Source: an uncultured delta proteobacterium | GTDB lineage: Bacteria; Myxococcota_A; Polyangia; Haliangiales; Haliangiaceae | Direction of reading: 5' to 3' | Length of the DNA: 64,000 nt | Assembly (NCBI GenBank): GCA_963848295.1 | Contig: CAWKDB010000011.1 | Coordinates: 705,882-769,881, forward strand | Part shown: positions 32,438 to 42,905 of the stretch, one piece after another | Numbering within the stretch: the stretch's first letter is position 1 | Layout: each line of letters starts with the position of its first letter | Made by a program: the position numbers and the translations under genes | Notes under the pieces: model-generated | Seen by the model: only the letters and a program-made list of their open reading frames with translations | What the model was told of the DNA's origin: nothing | Database searches by the model: none

Positions 32438-32933
32438 GGGGTCGCCTACGCCGCGATTGCCTTGGCTCGTCCTCGAACAGCATCCGCGGCGGGAGTCCGC
32501 TCGCACCGATCGCGGCGATCAGCCGGTCGAGCGAGCGGACGAGCTCGATGCGTTGAGCCGGCGGGAGGGCTTCGACCGCCTTCGCGATCAACCCCTGCGG
32601 CATCGCGGGAGCGCGCTTCACGACCGCCTGGCCAGCGGGCGTGATCCGGATCGCGATCCGACGACGATCGCCGGCCGCTTCGACCCGAGCGACGAGGCGG
32701 CGGGCCGCGAGCTTGGCCACGACGGTCGACACCGAGCTCTGGTCGGTCAACGTCCGGTCGGCGATCTCCCCGAGCGAATTGGCCGGTGCCTCGGCGAGCG
32801 TGCGCAAGACGAACAGCTGAGCCGCCGACAGCCCGACCGCGGCCTCGGCCTCGCGATCGGCGAGCCGCAAGAACCTCACGATCCGCCGCAACGCGATCAT
32901 CACCGCGCCAGGTTGGGTTACTTGGGAGCCCAT
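32424..32933 (-). CDS. MarR family regulator
   Basis: GLSAAQLFVL, DQSSVSTVV..L, DRRRIAIRITPAG. Confidence 0.88.
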   Translation of the reverse strand: MGSQVTQPGAVMIALRRIVRFLRLADREAEAAVGLSAAQLFVLRTLAEAPANSLGEIADRTLTDQSSVSTVVAKLAARRLVARVEAAGDRRRIAIRITPAGQAVVKRAPAMPQGLIAKAVEALPPAQRIELVRSLDRLIAAIGASGLPPRMLFEDEPRQSRRRRPRGNS

Positions 32934-33084
32934 AGATTCGGACCAACTTAATGGCACGGCCCCGAAGTCGCAACGTCCGCGGGTGCGACGAATCGTCCAT
33001 CGGGCGAGTCATTCTGGGACAGCTCCGTTAAGGTCCGATAAACTCGCCCCAAGCCTGTAGCGCTTTGGTGTACCACCTGACGTC

Positions 33085-33765
33085 GTGCCGCTGCTGCTCG
33101 TCGAAGACAACGCGGTGTTGGCGGGGTCGGTGAGCAAAGGCCTGCGCGAGGACGGCTTCGAGGTCGAGGTCGTCGCGACCGGTCGCGAGGCGCTCCAGCG
33201 CCTGGCCCGCAAGGACATCGACGGGGTCGTCCTCGATCTCGGCTTGCCCGACATGGATGGGCTCGACGTGCTCGGCGAAGCGCGCACCGCCGGGATGAAC
33301 GCGCCGATCCTGGTGCTCACCGCTCGAGTCGCGGTCACGCAACGCGTCGCCGCGCTCGATCGCGGCGCCGACGACTATCTCGTCAAGCCGTTCGAATACG
33401 AGGAGCTGCTCGCTCGCATGCGCGCGCTGCTGCGCCGAGCTGCGTCGCCGCGCTGGGCCCCGCTGTCGTGCAACGGCCTGGTCTACCAAGACGACGATCT
33501 CGAGATCACGATCGGCGACGAGCGGATCGCGCTGTCCCCGCGCGAGCACGAGCTCCTCGGTTTTCTGCTGCGCCGACGCGGCGAGGCGCTGACGCGTGCC
33601 GAGATCCTGCTACACGTGTTCGGTTACCAATTCGAGCCGATGACGAACGTGGTCAACGTCCATATCGCGAATCTGCGGCGCAAGCTCGGCACGCGCGCGG
33701 TCCAGATCGATACCGTCCGCGGGGTTGGCTATCGGCTGCGCGCAGCCGAGGCGCGCAGTGCATAA
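33085..33765 (+). CDS. OmpR-family response regulator
   Basis: LLVEDN, LDLGLPDMDG, GADDYLVKPF, TVRGVGY. Confidence 0.92.
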   Translation: MPLLLVEDNAVLAGSVSKGLREDGFEVEVVATGREALQRLARKDIDGVVLDLGLPDMDGLDVLGEARTAGMNAPILVLTARVAVTQRVAALDRGADDYLVKPFEYEELLARMRALLRRAASPRWAPLSCNGLVYQDDDLEITIGDERIALSPREHELLGFLLRRRGEALTRAEILLHVFGYQFEPMTNVVNVHIANLRRKLGTRAVQIDTVRGVGYRLRAAEARSA

Positions 33766-34834
33766 GCCCCGCACGCTGCGCGGCCAATTTGCGATGTGGG
33801 CGAGTGCCGCAGCGCTCGCCGGGCTCGCCGTGTTCGCGGTCGCGGCGTACGTCATCGTCTACCTCGAAGAGAGCGAGGAAGCCGCGGCCGGGATCGCGGA
33901 CGACCCGAGCGAGGTTGCGGGCGAGACCCGCGAGCACGTCTTGGTCGCGCTCGCGATCGCGGCCCCGGTCGCGCTCGGGCTGTCGATCGCGGCGGCGACG
34001 ATCGCGAGCAAGCGCGCGCTGGCATCGGTCGACGATGTGACACGCGCCGCGGCCGCGATCTCCGTCGATCGCTTCGACCGCAGGCTCGAAGTGCCCGAGC
34101 ACAGCGCCGAGCTCCGCCCGCTCGCGATCGCGACGAACGACCTACTCGACCGCCTACACCGCGGGTACCTCGCGCTCGCGGCGTTCTCGGCCGAAGCGTC
34201 CCACGAGCTGCGCACGCCGCTCGCCGCGGTGTGTAGCGAGCTCGAGGTCGACCTGCGTCGGCCGCGCACCGTCGAGGAATGGGAAGCGTCGGCTCGCACG
34301 TCGCTGACCGAGCTCCGCCGGCTGACCTCGGTGGTCGAGTCGATGCTCCGGTTCGCGCAGGCCGACGCGATCCGCGACGCCGATAGGAAGTCGATCGATC
34401 TCGTCGAGCTCGTCGAGGAGCTCACCGCGATGCACTCCGACGCGGCGACCAAGCGCGGGGTCCACCTCCGCGCCGAGCTCGGCACCGAGGCTCCGATCGT
34501 GCGCGGCGACGCTGATCTGCTCGCGACCGCACTGACGAACCTGGTCGGCAATGCGCTGCGGCTCACGCCGCCGGGCGGAGACGTCGTCGTCTCGCTCGCG
34601 ACCGAGCCCGGGGCGGCGACGATCCATGTCGACGACAGCGGCCCCGGCCTGCCCGCCGACCGCTCGAAGCTGTTCGTGCCGTTTGCGCGGCAGTCGGGCA
34701 CTGGCGGCGTCGGCCTGGGCTTGGCGATCGCCGACCGGATCGTTCGGCGCCATGGTGGCAGTGTCGAAGCGGATGGACGCGCGGGCGGCGGTGCGCGATT
34801 CTCCGTCCGGCTCCCGACCGCCGACCATGCGTAA
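33758..34834 (+). CDS. HAMP sensor histidine kinase
   Basis: SHELRTPL, NLVGNA, DDSGPG, GLGLAI. Confidence 0.92.
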   Translation: MHKPRTLRGQFAMWASAAALAGLAVFAVAAYVIVYLEESEEAAAGIADDPSEVAGETREHVLVALAIAAPVALGLSIAAATIASKRALASVDDVTRAAAAISVDRFDRRLEVPEHSAELRPLAIATNDLLDRLHRGYLALAAFSAEASHELRTPLAAVCSELEVDLRRPRTVEEWEASARTSLTELRRLTSVVESMLRFAQADAIRDADRKSIDLVELVEELTAMHSDAATKRGVHLRAELGTEAPIVRGDADLLATALTNLVGNALRLTPPGGDVVVSLATEPGAATIHVDDSGPGLPADRSKLFVPFARQSGTGGVGLGLAIADRIVRRHGGSVEADGRAGGGARFSVRLPTADHA

Positions 34835-35474
34835 CCCGATCGCGCTCGCCATCTGTCTGTTCGCGGCCTGCGGCGGCGGTGGCGCGAGCAACGATGCGAC
34901 CGGCGTGACCGACGCCGATGTCGCCGATGGCACGCCGACGCGGCAGGCGTGCACGAGTCAGTTCGGCACCGCCTTGCCGAACACCCCGACGTTCGGCCGG
35001 CTCGACGGCTACCTGGTCGCGATCGTGCCGCCGAGCAACATGAGCAGCTGTAACGCCGACGATTCGCACGTCCACTTGCAGATCAAGATGAGCGGGTCGA
35101 TCTACGACATCGCGATCGATGTGACCGATGCGGCGACCGGTACGGACGACGTCCACACCACGACGCTCGATCAAGCGATGCCGGGCGGCGTCGCGTGGGC
35201 CGAGGGCTGGCACGACGGGCTGGCCGACGACTACGTGTCCCTCGGCGTGCACTCGACCGACCTGCCGCTCGATACGAAAGCGGAGATCGTCTCCGCGTTG
35301 ACGACCGATCTCGCGACGGCAAACCACCTCAGCGTGTACGCGACGACGTACGGCAGCGATGGTGCGCACCTCGTGCACCGCGACTCCGCAGGCCACGACG
35401 GGCTGGTCGTGACCGAGCCGTTGTCCACCCCGCCCCATCTCCGGCTGTTCAGTTTTTCGGACCAGACATTCTGA
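34827..35474 (+). CDS. Hypothetical lipoprotein
   Basis: MRNPIALAICLFAAC lipobox; overlaps the kinase stop codon. Confidence 0.65.
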   Translation: MRNPIALAICLFAACGGGGASNDATGVTDADVADGTPTRQACTSQFGTALPNTPTFGRLDGYLVAIVPPSNMSSCNADDSHVHLQIKMSGSIYDIAIDVTDAATGTDDVHTTTLDQAMPGGVAWAEGWHDGLADDYVSLGVHSTDLPLDTKAEIVSALTTDLATANHLSVYATTYGSDGAHLVHRDSAGHDGLVVTEPLSTPPHLRLFSFSDQTF

Positions 35475-35501
35475 GGCGGACACTCGCGGTACGCTGCGCG
35501 G

Positions 35502-37229
35502 GTGACCGCGCGCTTCGCTCCCGCTGCCGTCGTCAGGACGCCGCGCCCCGGTGGCGGGTTCGTGCTGCGCTCGCCGGCGGCGATGCCGCTCGCGGCGCGC
35601 TGTCTCGGCGATCTGCTCGTCCGGTGGGCGGACACCGCACCCGACCGCGTGTTTCTCGCCGAGCGCACCGGCGACCGCTGGCGCGAGCTGATCTACCGCG
35701 AGGCGCTCGCCGCGGCTCGATCGATCGGCCAGGGGTTGCTCGACCGCGGGCTGTCGGCCACGCGCCCGCTCGCGATCCTGTCAGGGAACTCGATCGACCA
35801 CGCGCTGTTGATGCTCGGCGCGATGCACGTCGGCGTGCCGGTCGCGCCGTTGTCGCCGGCGTATTCGCTCCTGTCGCGCGACCACGGCAAGCTGCGCGCG
35901 CTCGCCGCGATCCTCGACCCCGCCGCGGTGTGGGCCGATGCTGCGGCTCCGTTCGCTCGCGCGCTCGACGCGATCGCGGTCGCGCAGCTGCCGTCGGTGG
36001 CCGAGCTGCGCCGGACCGCTCCAACCGGCGACGTCGATCGCGCGTTTGCCGCGATCACCGGCGACACGATCGCGAAGGTGTTGTTCACGTCGGGTTCGAC
36101 CGGAACACCGAAGGGCGTCGTCAACACCCATCGCATGCTGTGCGCGAATCAAGCCGCGATCGCGGCGAGCTGGCCGTTCCTCGCCGACCGACCACCGCGC
36201 ATCGTCGACTGGCTGCCGTGGAGCCACACGTTCGGCGCGAACCACAACTTCAACCTGATCCTCGCACACGGCGGGACGCTGTGCATCGACGGCGGCAAGC
36301 CCGCGCCCGGCGCGTTCGACACGACGGTCCGCAACCTCCGCGAGCTGTCGTCGACGCTGTACTTCAACGTGCCGCGCGGGTTCGACATGCTCGTCAGCCA
36401 GCTCGAGACCGATGCCGCCTTGCGCGCGACATTCTTTCGCGAGCTCGACGTGATGTTCTACGCGGCGGCCGCGCTGTCTCCGGCGACCTGGGATCGGCTC
36501 GCCGCGGTCGCCCGAGCGGAGCGCTCGAACGTGGCGATGGTGTCGGCGTGGGGCTCGACCGAGACGTCGCCGCTCGTCACCCAGGTACACTTCGCGATCG
36601 ATCGCGCCGGCGTGATCGGCTTGCCCGTCGCCGGCCTCGAGCTCGCGTTCGTGCCGGTGGCCGACAAGCTCGAGATGCGGGTCAAAGGTGCGAGCGTCAC
36701 GCCGGGCTACTGGCAACCCGGCGGCGCGATCGAGCCCGCGCCCTCCGACGAGCTCGGGTTCTATCCGATGGGCGATGCCGGCCGGCTCGCCGACGACACG
36801 GCGCCGGAGCGCGGGGTCGTGTTCGACGGTCGCACCGCGGAGAACTTCAAGCTCGCGTCGGGCACCTGGGTCCACGTGGGCGAGCTCCGCATCGCGCTGG
36901 TCGCCGCCTGCTCGCCGGTCGTCGCCGACCTCGTGATCGCGGGCCACGACCGCGACGAGCTCGGCGCGCTCGTGTTCGCGGCGCCTGGCGTGGCGATCGA
37001 CGACGAGCTACGGCGCCGGATCGAGGAGGGCCTCGCGCGGTGCAACGCGGGAGCATCGAGCACGAGCGTCGTCCGCGCGTTGATCATGACCGAGCCGCCG
37101 TCGATCGATGCGGGCGAGATCACCGACAAGGGTTATCTCAACCAACGCGCGATCCTCGTGCGCCGCAGCGACCGCGTCGCCGAGCTTTACGGCGATGGTG
37201 ACTCCGTGATCCGGCCTGCGTCGCGGTAA
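35502..37229 (+). CDS. fcs: Feruloyl-CoA synthase-like AMP-binding enzyme
   Basis: FTSGSTGTPKG, DWLPWSHTFG, AWGSTET, ENFKLASGTWV, GEITDKGYLNQ. Confidence 0.85.
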   Translation: MTARFAPAAVVRTPRPGGGFVLRSPAAMPLAARCLGDLLVRWADTAPDRVFLAERTGDRWRELIYREALAAARSIGQGLLDRGLSATRPLAILSGNSIDHALLMLGAMHVGVPVAPLSPAYSLLSRDHGKLRALAAILDPAAVWADAAAPFARALDAIAVAQLPSVAELRRTAPTGDVDRAFAAITGDTIAKVLFTSGSTGTPKGVVNTHRMLCANQAAIAASWPFLADRPPRIVDWLPWSHTFGANHNFNLILAHGGTLCIDGGKPAPGAFDTTVRNLRELSSTLYFNVPRGFDMLVSQLETDAALRATFFRELDVMFYAAAALSPATWDRLAAVARAERSNVAMVSAWGSTETSPLVTQVHFAIDRAGVIGLPVAGLELAFVPVADKLEMRVKGASVTPGYWQPGGAIEPAPSDELGFYPMGDAGRLADDTAPERGVVFDGRTAENFKLASGTWVHVGELRIALVAACSPVVADLVIAGHDRDELGALVFAAPGVAIDDELRRRIEEGLARCNAGASSTSVVRALIMTEPPSIDAGEITDKGYLNQRAILVRRSDRVAELYGDGDSVIRPASR

Positions 37230-37238
37230 CGTCGGACC

Positions 37239-37928
37239 ATGCCGAAGGCCGAGCCATCGCCGCCGAGCAAGTTCACCGGCTTCTCGAAGACCGCGCCCGC
37301 GTTTTGGCACGAGCTCGCGGTCGAGATGAACAAGGCGTGGTTCGAGCACAACAAGCAGCGCTACCACGACGAGTGGGTCGCGCCGATGCACGCGCTGCTC
37401 GCGGAGGTGCGCGCCGGCCTCGCGAAAGCCTACGCACCGGTCAAGCTCGGCGAGCCGAAGGTCATGCGGATCTATCGCGACGTTCGCTTCTCGAAAGACA
37501 AGGCGCCGTACAAGACGCATATCGGCGCGCACATCCCGGTGCGCGAGGGCGTGTCCGCGATGTACGTCCACCTCGGGATGGGCGAGGAGTTCGTCGGTTG
37601 CGGTACGTACTTCTTCGAGCCGGACCAACTCGGACGCTGGCGCAAGCTGGTCGCGAGCGATGCGACCGGCAAGCCACTCGCGAAGATCATCGCGAAGCTC
37701 CACGCGACCGGCTACGAAGCAGGCGGCCACGACGACTACAAGAAGGTGCCCAAGCCGTTTGCCGACGACCACCCGCGCGCCGCGCTACTCAAGCTCAAGG
37801 GGCTCACCGCGGGCTTCCCCGACATGCCGCGCGGCATGTTGCACTCGCCGAAGCTCGCGGGCTGGCTCGTCGAGCACGGCACCGCGACCGCGCCGCTCGT
37901 CACGTGGCTCGCGAAGCACATGAAGTAG
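37239..37928 (+). CDS. DUF2461 family protein
   Basis: NKAWFEHNKQRY, RIYRDVRFSKDKAPYKTH. Confidence 0.9.
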   Translation: MPKAEPSPPSKFTGFSKTAPAFWHELAVEMNKAWFEHNKQRYHDEWVAPMHALLAEVRAGLAKAYAPVKLGEPKVMRIYRDVRFSKDKAPYKTHIGAHIPVREGVSAMYVHLGMGEEFVGCGTYFFEPDQLGRWRKLVASDATGKPLAKIIAKLHATGYEAGGHDDYKKVPKPFADDHPRAALLKLKGLTAGFPDMPRGMLHSPKLAGWLVEHGTATAPLVTWLAKHMK

Positions 37929-37931
37929 GGA

Positions 37932-39386
37932 CTACTTCGTCGCGACCGGGGCCGGAGCCGGAGCGACCGCGCCGGTCTGGATCTCGACGAGCCGGATCGG
38001 CGCGCCGGTGGTATGAGCGCTCGCGCGAGCCGCGAAATCGACGAGCTGCGCCGCGGTCTCGCGTTGGCCCTCGATCGCGCGATCGAGCGCGCGCTTCTGC
38101 TTCGCGGTGCGCAGGAACGCATCGCGTGAGGTCGCCGCGGTCTCCGCGCTCTGGCGATAGTCGATCGTGGCGAGCGCCGCCGCGCGGACCGCGGCGAGCA
38201 GCCGGGCGATCGTCGCTTGGCTGTCGGCGTCGGCGTCGTTGGCCGCCCAGAGTTGCAAACCCGCCGCGCCGCCGACGTAGGCACCGCCGAGCTTGCCGAA
38301 CGCCTTGGCATCGTCGCCGCGCAGGTCTTCGAGCACGAGCAGCGGCTGGCTGTTGCGCGGGAAGTCCGGCCCGAACACCGCGAACACGAGCGCGCCATCG
38401 GCCCGCGACCGGACCGAGGCGGTCAGCGGCCCGAGCGCGAAGAACGACGGATCGAGATCGTGCGCCACCGATTCCGCGATGCGCGCGCGCGAGGCGGCGT
38501 CGAGCGCGGACGCGAGCTCCGGTGCCGGCCGCGGCGACCGCTTCAGGGTCGTCATCAGCTCGCGCACCTGATCGATCGCGACGACGACGTTGAGCGCGCT
38601 CGCGGCTTGATAGCGCGCGTGAAAGATCCCGACGAGCTCGAACTCGCCGGTCTTGCACGACACCGCGAGCACCGGGGATCCCGATCCACCTTGCGACAGC
38701 AGCGCGTCCACGACGAAGTCGTCGTGGTCACGTTCGCCCTGGTCGTCGTGATCGTACGCCGAGATCACCTTGCCGACGTTCGTGGCCTGGAACTCGCCGA
38801 GCGGAAAGCCTTTGACCTCGACCGCGTCGCGCGCGACGAGCGCCGCGCTACGACCGACCCGCCATGGCAGGATCTCGAGCTTGCCGTGGGCCCGCAGGAT
38901 CGAGACGTCGAGCGCGGGATCGGAGACCACGCGCGCGAGCGGGATATCGTCCGCGGCATAGTCGTCGTGGTCGTCGTCGACGATCGCGAGACTGTCGGCG
39001 ACGCGCTTGCAGCCGGGCGCGATGCCGTCGACCGCGTGCTGATCGTCGGTGACCGCCGGCCACTCCGCGACGTGGGTGTTCGTGATCAGCAGCGTGTCGC
39101 TGCCGTCGCGGCGATAGCCGAACGCCGTGCCATACGCGGTCGCGACCGTCCGCGCTTTCTTCAAGTTGCCGTCGCTGCCGTACGACACGCACTCGTAGGT
39201 CGCGGTCGTGCGAACCGCATAAGAGTAAGAAGCCGTGCGTGCCTCGACGTCCCGCGCGTGCTGCGACAATGCGGACAGATCCTCCGCGTAGTCGCCGCTA
39301 CAGAACGGGGCCGCGGGATCGGCTGCGGCCGTGCCGGCGGTCATCACGAAACTCCCGACAAGCGCGAGCCGGATGCGGATCGTCAT
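37932..39386 (-). CDS. Secreted trypsin-like serine protease with C-terminal extension
   Basis: Signal peptide; ITNTHV, LDVSIL, GGSGSPV catalytic motifs. Confidence 0.75.
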   Translation of the reverse strand: MTIRIRLALVGSFVMTAGTAAADPAAPFCSGDYAEDLSALSQHARDVEARTASYSYAVRTTATYECVSYGSDGNLKKARTVATAYGTAFGYRRDGSDTLLITNTHVAEWPAVTDDQHAVDGIAPGCKRVADSLAIVDDDHDDYAADDIPLARVVSDPALDVSILRAHGKLEILPWRVGRSAALVARDAVEVKGFPLGEFQATNVGKVISAYDHDDQGERDHDDFVVDALLSQGGSGSPVLAVSCKTGEFELVGIFHARYQAASALNVVVAIDQVRELMTTLKRSPRPAPELASALDAASRARIAESVAHDLDPSFFALGPLTASVRSRADGALVFAVFGPDFPRNSQPLLVLEDLRGDDAKAFGKLGGAYVGGAAGLQLWAANDADADSQATIARLLAAVRAAALATIDYRQSAETAATSRDAFLRTAKQKRALDRAIEGQRETAAQLVDFAARASAHTTGAPIRLVEIQTGAVAPAPAPVATK

Positions 39387-39418
39387 TGCTCATAACGACG
39401 CTCACTCCACGACGCTGT

Positions 39419-40645
39419 TCACGGTGGGGCGAACCGCACCGCAGGCCGCCACGCGAGCCAAACCGCCGCACCCGGAACGACCAGCGCACCGAGTGTGACC
39501 GCGACCTCGCTGTAGGTGCCGAGCCCATCGTACGCGACGCCGATCAGCGGGCTGACGATGATCAGCGCGAGCGACTGGGCACCGGCGAGGATCCCTCCGG
39601 CGTGGGCGATCGCTTCGGCCGGCATGCGCGCGAGCAGATCCGCGGTGACGAGCGTGTACATCGCACCGCCGCCGGCGAGCGCGACGGCCATGGTTGCCGT
39701 CGCTTGCCATGGGGTCGACGCGAGCGGGAGCGCCGCGAGCGTGCAGCCGAGCGCGGCCGCGATCGCGAACAACATGCGTGGAGGTGAACCGTCGTTGCCG
39801 TGCCGCCGCCGGCGCCGCGCCGCGAGATCGCCGAACAGCAGCGCCGCGACGTCGAACGCGAGCGGCGGCAACCACAGATAGTGACCGGGCTCGAGTTTGG
39901 GGACCCCGAGCTGCTTGACCAGGAACCGTGTGCCCCAGCCGATCACGAAGCCGACCAGGGGCGCACACGCGAAGATCGCGATCAGCGCACGCACCATGAT
40001 CGGATGGGTCGCGAGCACTCGAAACGGCGGCGGTGGCACGCGCAACTCCGCTGGCACCGCGGCGTCGAGTCGAGCGCGCACGTCCGCGCGCCGAGTCACG
40101 ATCAACCACAGCGGGATCCACGCCAGGCCGATGAGCGACGTCGCGAGAAAAGCGGCGCGCCAGCTGTCGAGCGCCCCTTGCAACGACAACGCGAGCTGGG
40201 GCGCGACCATCGATCCGATCGAGCTGCCCATGAACAGCAGTGCGAACCCGCGCTCGCGCGATGGCTCGGGCAGGCCGCGCTGGATCGCCTGCGCCGCGCC
40301 GGGGAAGCCGGGACCCTCAGCGAGTCCGAGCGCGAATCGGACCACGAGCATCGTGCCCAGCCCGGGCACGATGGTCTGCAACGCCGAGACCAACGACCAC
40401 GCGAGCAACGAGCGGACCAGCCCTCGCCGCGCGCCGATCTGATCGATCCACCAGCCCGCGATCGGTGTGGAGATGATGTAGGCGACCGAGAACATCGCGC
40501 CGATCACGCCGAACCCGGTCTCGGAGATCCCGAGATCGTGAGTGAGCGACGGCGACAGCGCCGCGAGCGCCTGGCGATCGATGTAGCTGACCGTCGTCGT
40601 CAGCGTCGCGACGATCGCGACGGCCCAAGCCGACCGGGACGACAA
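39419..40645 (-). CDS. MFS transporter (ExuT-like)
   Basis: SYIDRQ, GWWIDQIGARR, RFALGLAEG. Confidence 0.88.
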   Translation of the reverse strand: MSSRSAWAVAIVATLTTTVSYIDRQALAALSPSLTHDLGISETGFGVIGAMFSVAYIISTPIAGWWIDQIGARRGLVRSLLAWSLVSALQTIVPGLGTMLVVRFALGLAEGPGFPGAAQAIQRGLPEPSRERGFALLFMGSSIGSMVAPQLALSLQGALDSWRAAFLATSLIGLAWIPLWLIVTRRADVRARLDAAVPAELRVPPPPFRVLATHPIMVRALIAIFACAPLVGFVIGWGTRFLVKQLGVPKLEPGHYLWLPPLAFDVAALLFGDLAARRRRRHGNDGSPPRMLFAIAAALGCTLAALPLASTPWQATATMAVALAGGGAMYTLVTADLLARMPAEAIAHAGGILAGAQSLALIIVSPLIGVAYDGLGTYSEVAVTLGALVVPGAAVWLAWRPAVRFAPP

Positions 40646-40646
40646 G

Positions 40647-41936
40647 CTAGCGCTCGAGGCGGCGTCCCGGGCTCCATTCGACGACCCGGTCGGTGCGCGT
40701 CTCGAGGAATCGCGCGAGGCGGTGGTAATCGCTCCCGGTGCGGATGAACCGGACCTCGGTCTTGAGGGTCTGGGCGTTGACCAGCTCGTGGAATGGCACG
40801 TACGCGAGATCGAGTTGGCCTTCGACCGAGACCAGGTGACCGTCGAGGTTCTCCTCGACCAACGCGCGATACGCGCCGATCCCGAGCTGGCTGCCGAGCA
40901 TCACGTCGAACGCGTGCGGCGGGGCGCAGCGCGACTCGTAGCCGAGTTGCAAGCCGGTGACCTTCTTCTTGCGGCCGGTGCGCTGCTCGTAGCGCTTGGT
41001 CGCGAGCTGCGCGACGTACTTGCCGAGATCGAGGCGCCCGAGCGTGAGGTGGCCGTGCTCGTCCCGCGGCAGGTCGCTGGTCTGCTCGGGCGGCAACAGC
41101 TCGGCGAGGCCCTCCGCGATCACGACCGTGCCGTAGTGCTTGCCGCGTTTCTCGCGCGCGACGATCAGGTCGACGATGCGATCGACGAGCGCATCCATCG
41201 ACAGGTGGCCATCCTTGGACAGCGACCCGGCAACGTCCTCGACCGCGAGCACGAGGTTCGCCTCACCTGCGATCGCGACGCCGTACGACAGCCAGCCGGC
41301 CTTGCGTCCCATCGTCTCGACCACGAAGTAGCTCGAGGTGGCGATCGCATCGGCACGAAGGTTTTGCAGCTCCTTCGCCATCACGTCGACCGCGGTGAAG
41401 AACCCGAACGTGAAGTCGATGCCTTTGTAGTCGTTGTCGATCGTCTTCGGCAGGTGGACGATCTGCACGTGGCGCGCCTCGGCCGGCAGCTGCTTCTGAT
41501 ACTCGTACAGAAAGTTCGCGGTCTTGAGCGTGTCATCGCCGCCGATCGAGATCAGCGCATCGATCTGTAGATCGACGAGCGCGTTGTACACGTTGCGCAG
41601 CTGCTGGGTCTTCTTGGGATCGAGCAAGTCGGCCGCGACCTCGATGCCCTTACCCGGGTTCGCGCGCGCGGTGCCGATCACGATGCCGCGCGTGTTGCGC
41701 ATGCCGCCGACGTCGCGGTCCTGAAAGATCCGGTAGTGCTCGTCCGCGAGCAGCCGATGGCTGACCGGATGGTAGTCCTGGAGGTTCGTGTAGCCGTGGA
41801 AGAACCCGATGACCTCGCGGTCGTCTTCCAGGAACGAGATCGCCGCGGAGGAGATCACCGCGTTCGAGGCCGGCGCGGGGCCGCCCGAGAACACGATGCC
41901 AACGCGGCGGATGTGGTCGCCTTTACGGGTCTTCAC
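40647..41936 (-). CDS. 6-phosphofructokinase, likely PPi-dependent
   Basis: SGGPAP, IGGDDT, PKTIDND, ETMGR, GYESR. Confidence 0.88.
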   Translation of the reverse strand: MKTRKGDHIRRVGIVFSGGPAPASNAVISSAAISFLEDDREVIGFFHGYTNLQDYHPVSHRLLADEHYRIFQDRDVGGMRNTRGIVIGTARANPGKGIEVAADLLDPKKTQQLRNVYNALVDLQIDALISIGGDDTLKTANFLYEYQKQLPAEARHVQIVHLPKTIDNDYKGIDFTFGFFTAVDVMAKELQNLRADAIATSSYFVVETMGRKAGWLSYGVAIAGEANLVLAVEDVAGSLSKDGHLSMDALVDRIVDLIVAREKRGKHYGTVVIAEGLAELLPPEQTSDLPRDEHGHLTLGRLDLGKYVAQLATKRYEQRTGRKKKVTGLQLGYESRCAPPHAFDVMLGSQLGIGAYRALVEENLDGHLVSVEGQLDLAYVPFHELVNAQTLKTEVRFIRTGSDYHRLARFLETRTDRVVEWSPGRRLER

Positions 41937-41974
41937 TGCGCGCGCAGCCTACCGGACTTGACCCGAGCCGAATT

Positions 41975-42044
41975 GATCGATCGGCTGTCCGTGCGCAGCA
42001 AAGGACGGCCGACACGTCACGGCGAGGGCCCCCTTTAGGGGCCC
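41975..42044 (+). repeat. Dispersed intergenic hairpin repeat, copy 2, plus a second hairpin
   Basis: GATCGATCGGCTGTCCG-N9-AAGGACGGCCGAC, then GGGCCCC-cttta-GGGGCCC. Confidence 0.65.
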
Positions 42045-42194
42045 AGCGACGAATAGCCGCCGATCGTGTTCGGTCGTTTACAAGCTCTGACATTCTAATA
42101 CGTTGAAATGACAAAAGAACGTTGGCAGGCCGCGGGGTGGCCTCGTACCGTTCTGGTCATCGGACCACCTCCGGTCCCAAAGGATCTATCGAAC

Positions 42195-42638
42195 ATGAAG
42201 AAGCTCACCACGCTGTTCGCCATCGTCGCGCTCACGACCACCGTCGGCCTCGCCGGCTGCAAGAAGAAGAACGCGGCCGAAGGCAGCGACAAGGCTGCGG
42301 CCCCGGCCGACAAGCCGGCCGAAGGCGACAAGATGGCTGGCGACAAGGACAAGGCGGCGGCGCCGACCCCGGACAAGAAGCCGGACGACAAGGCTGCCGC
42401 CCCGGCCGCCGCTGGCGACCTGCCGCAGGAGTGCCAGGACTACAAGGCCGCGATCGAGAAGCTGTCGACCTGCGATAAGATGCCGCAGCAGGCGCGCGAC
42501 GCGATGAAGCAGGGCTTCGAGACTGCCTCGGCGGCGTGGGCGAACCTGCCGGCCGACCAGAAGGCAGCGCTCGCGACCGGCTGCAAGGCTGGCGTCGACG
42601 CGGTCAACCAGTCGGCGAAGGCCGTCTGCGGTTGGTAA
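42195..42638 (+). CDS. Lipoprotein with Lys/Ala/Pro linker and four-Cys helical domain
   Basis: MKKL..LAGC lipobox; AAAGGA SD; followed by a terminator. Confidence 0.8.
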   Translation: MKKLTTLFAIVALTTTVGLAGCKKKNAAEGSDKAAAPADKPAEGDKMAGDKDKAAAPTPDKKPDDKAAAPAAAGDLPQECQDYKAAIEKLSTCDKMPQQARDAMKQGFETASAAWANLPADQKAALATGCKAGVDAVNQSAKAVCGW

Positions 42639-42659
42639 GCTTTCTCTAGCTGGTGAATC

Positions 42660-42689
42660 GAGCCTCCTTTGTGGGGCTCTTTTCATTTT
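42660..42689 (+). terminator. Rho-independent terminator
   Basis: GAGCCTC-ctttgt-GGGGCTC followed by TTTTCATTTT. Confidence 0.7.
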
Positions 42690-42706
42690 CGGGTCCGCCG
42701 GAGCGC

Positions 42707-42904
42707 GAAATTGATCAATTGATCAACAGGCGACAGGCAACGGGCAATGCCTGAGGATTGCGCGTGCGCACGTGATCCGGCTGGCGTCGCCCCAGCCCGT
42801 GGCGCACCCAGCCCGCGTCGCCAGCCCCGCGTCGCAGCCAGCCCGCGTCCAAACCCGCCGCCGTTGCCTGTTGCCTGTGGCCTGTTGATCAATTGATCGA
42901 TTTC
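42707..42904. repeat. MITE-like element with 41-bp imperfect terminal inverted repeats
   Basis: 42707-42747 versus reverse complement of 42864-42904, 3 mismatches; internal CAGCCCGCGTC-type direct repeats. Confidence 0.75.
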
Positions 42905-42905
42905 T

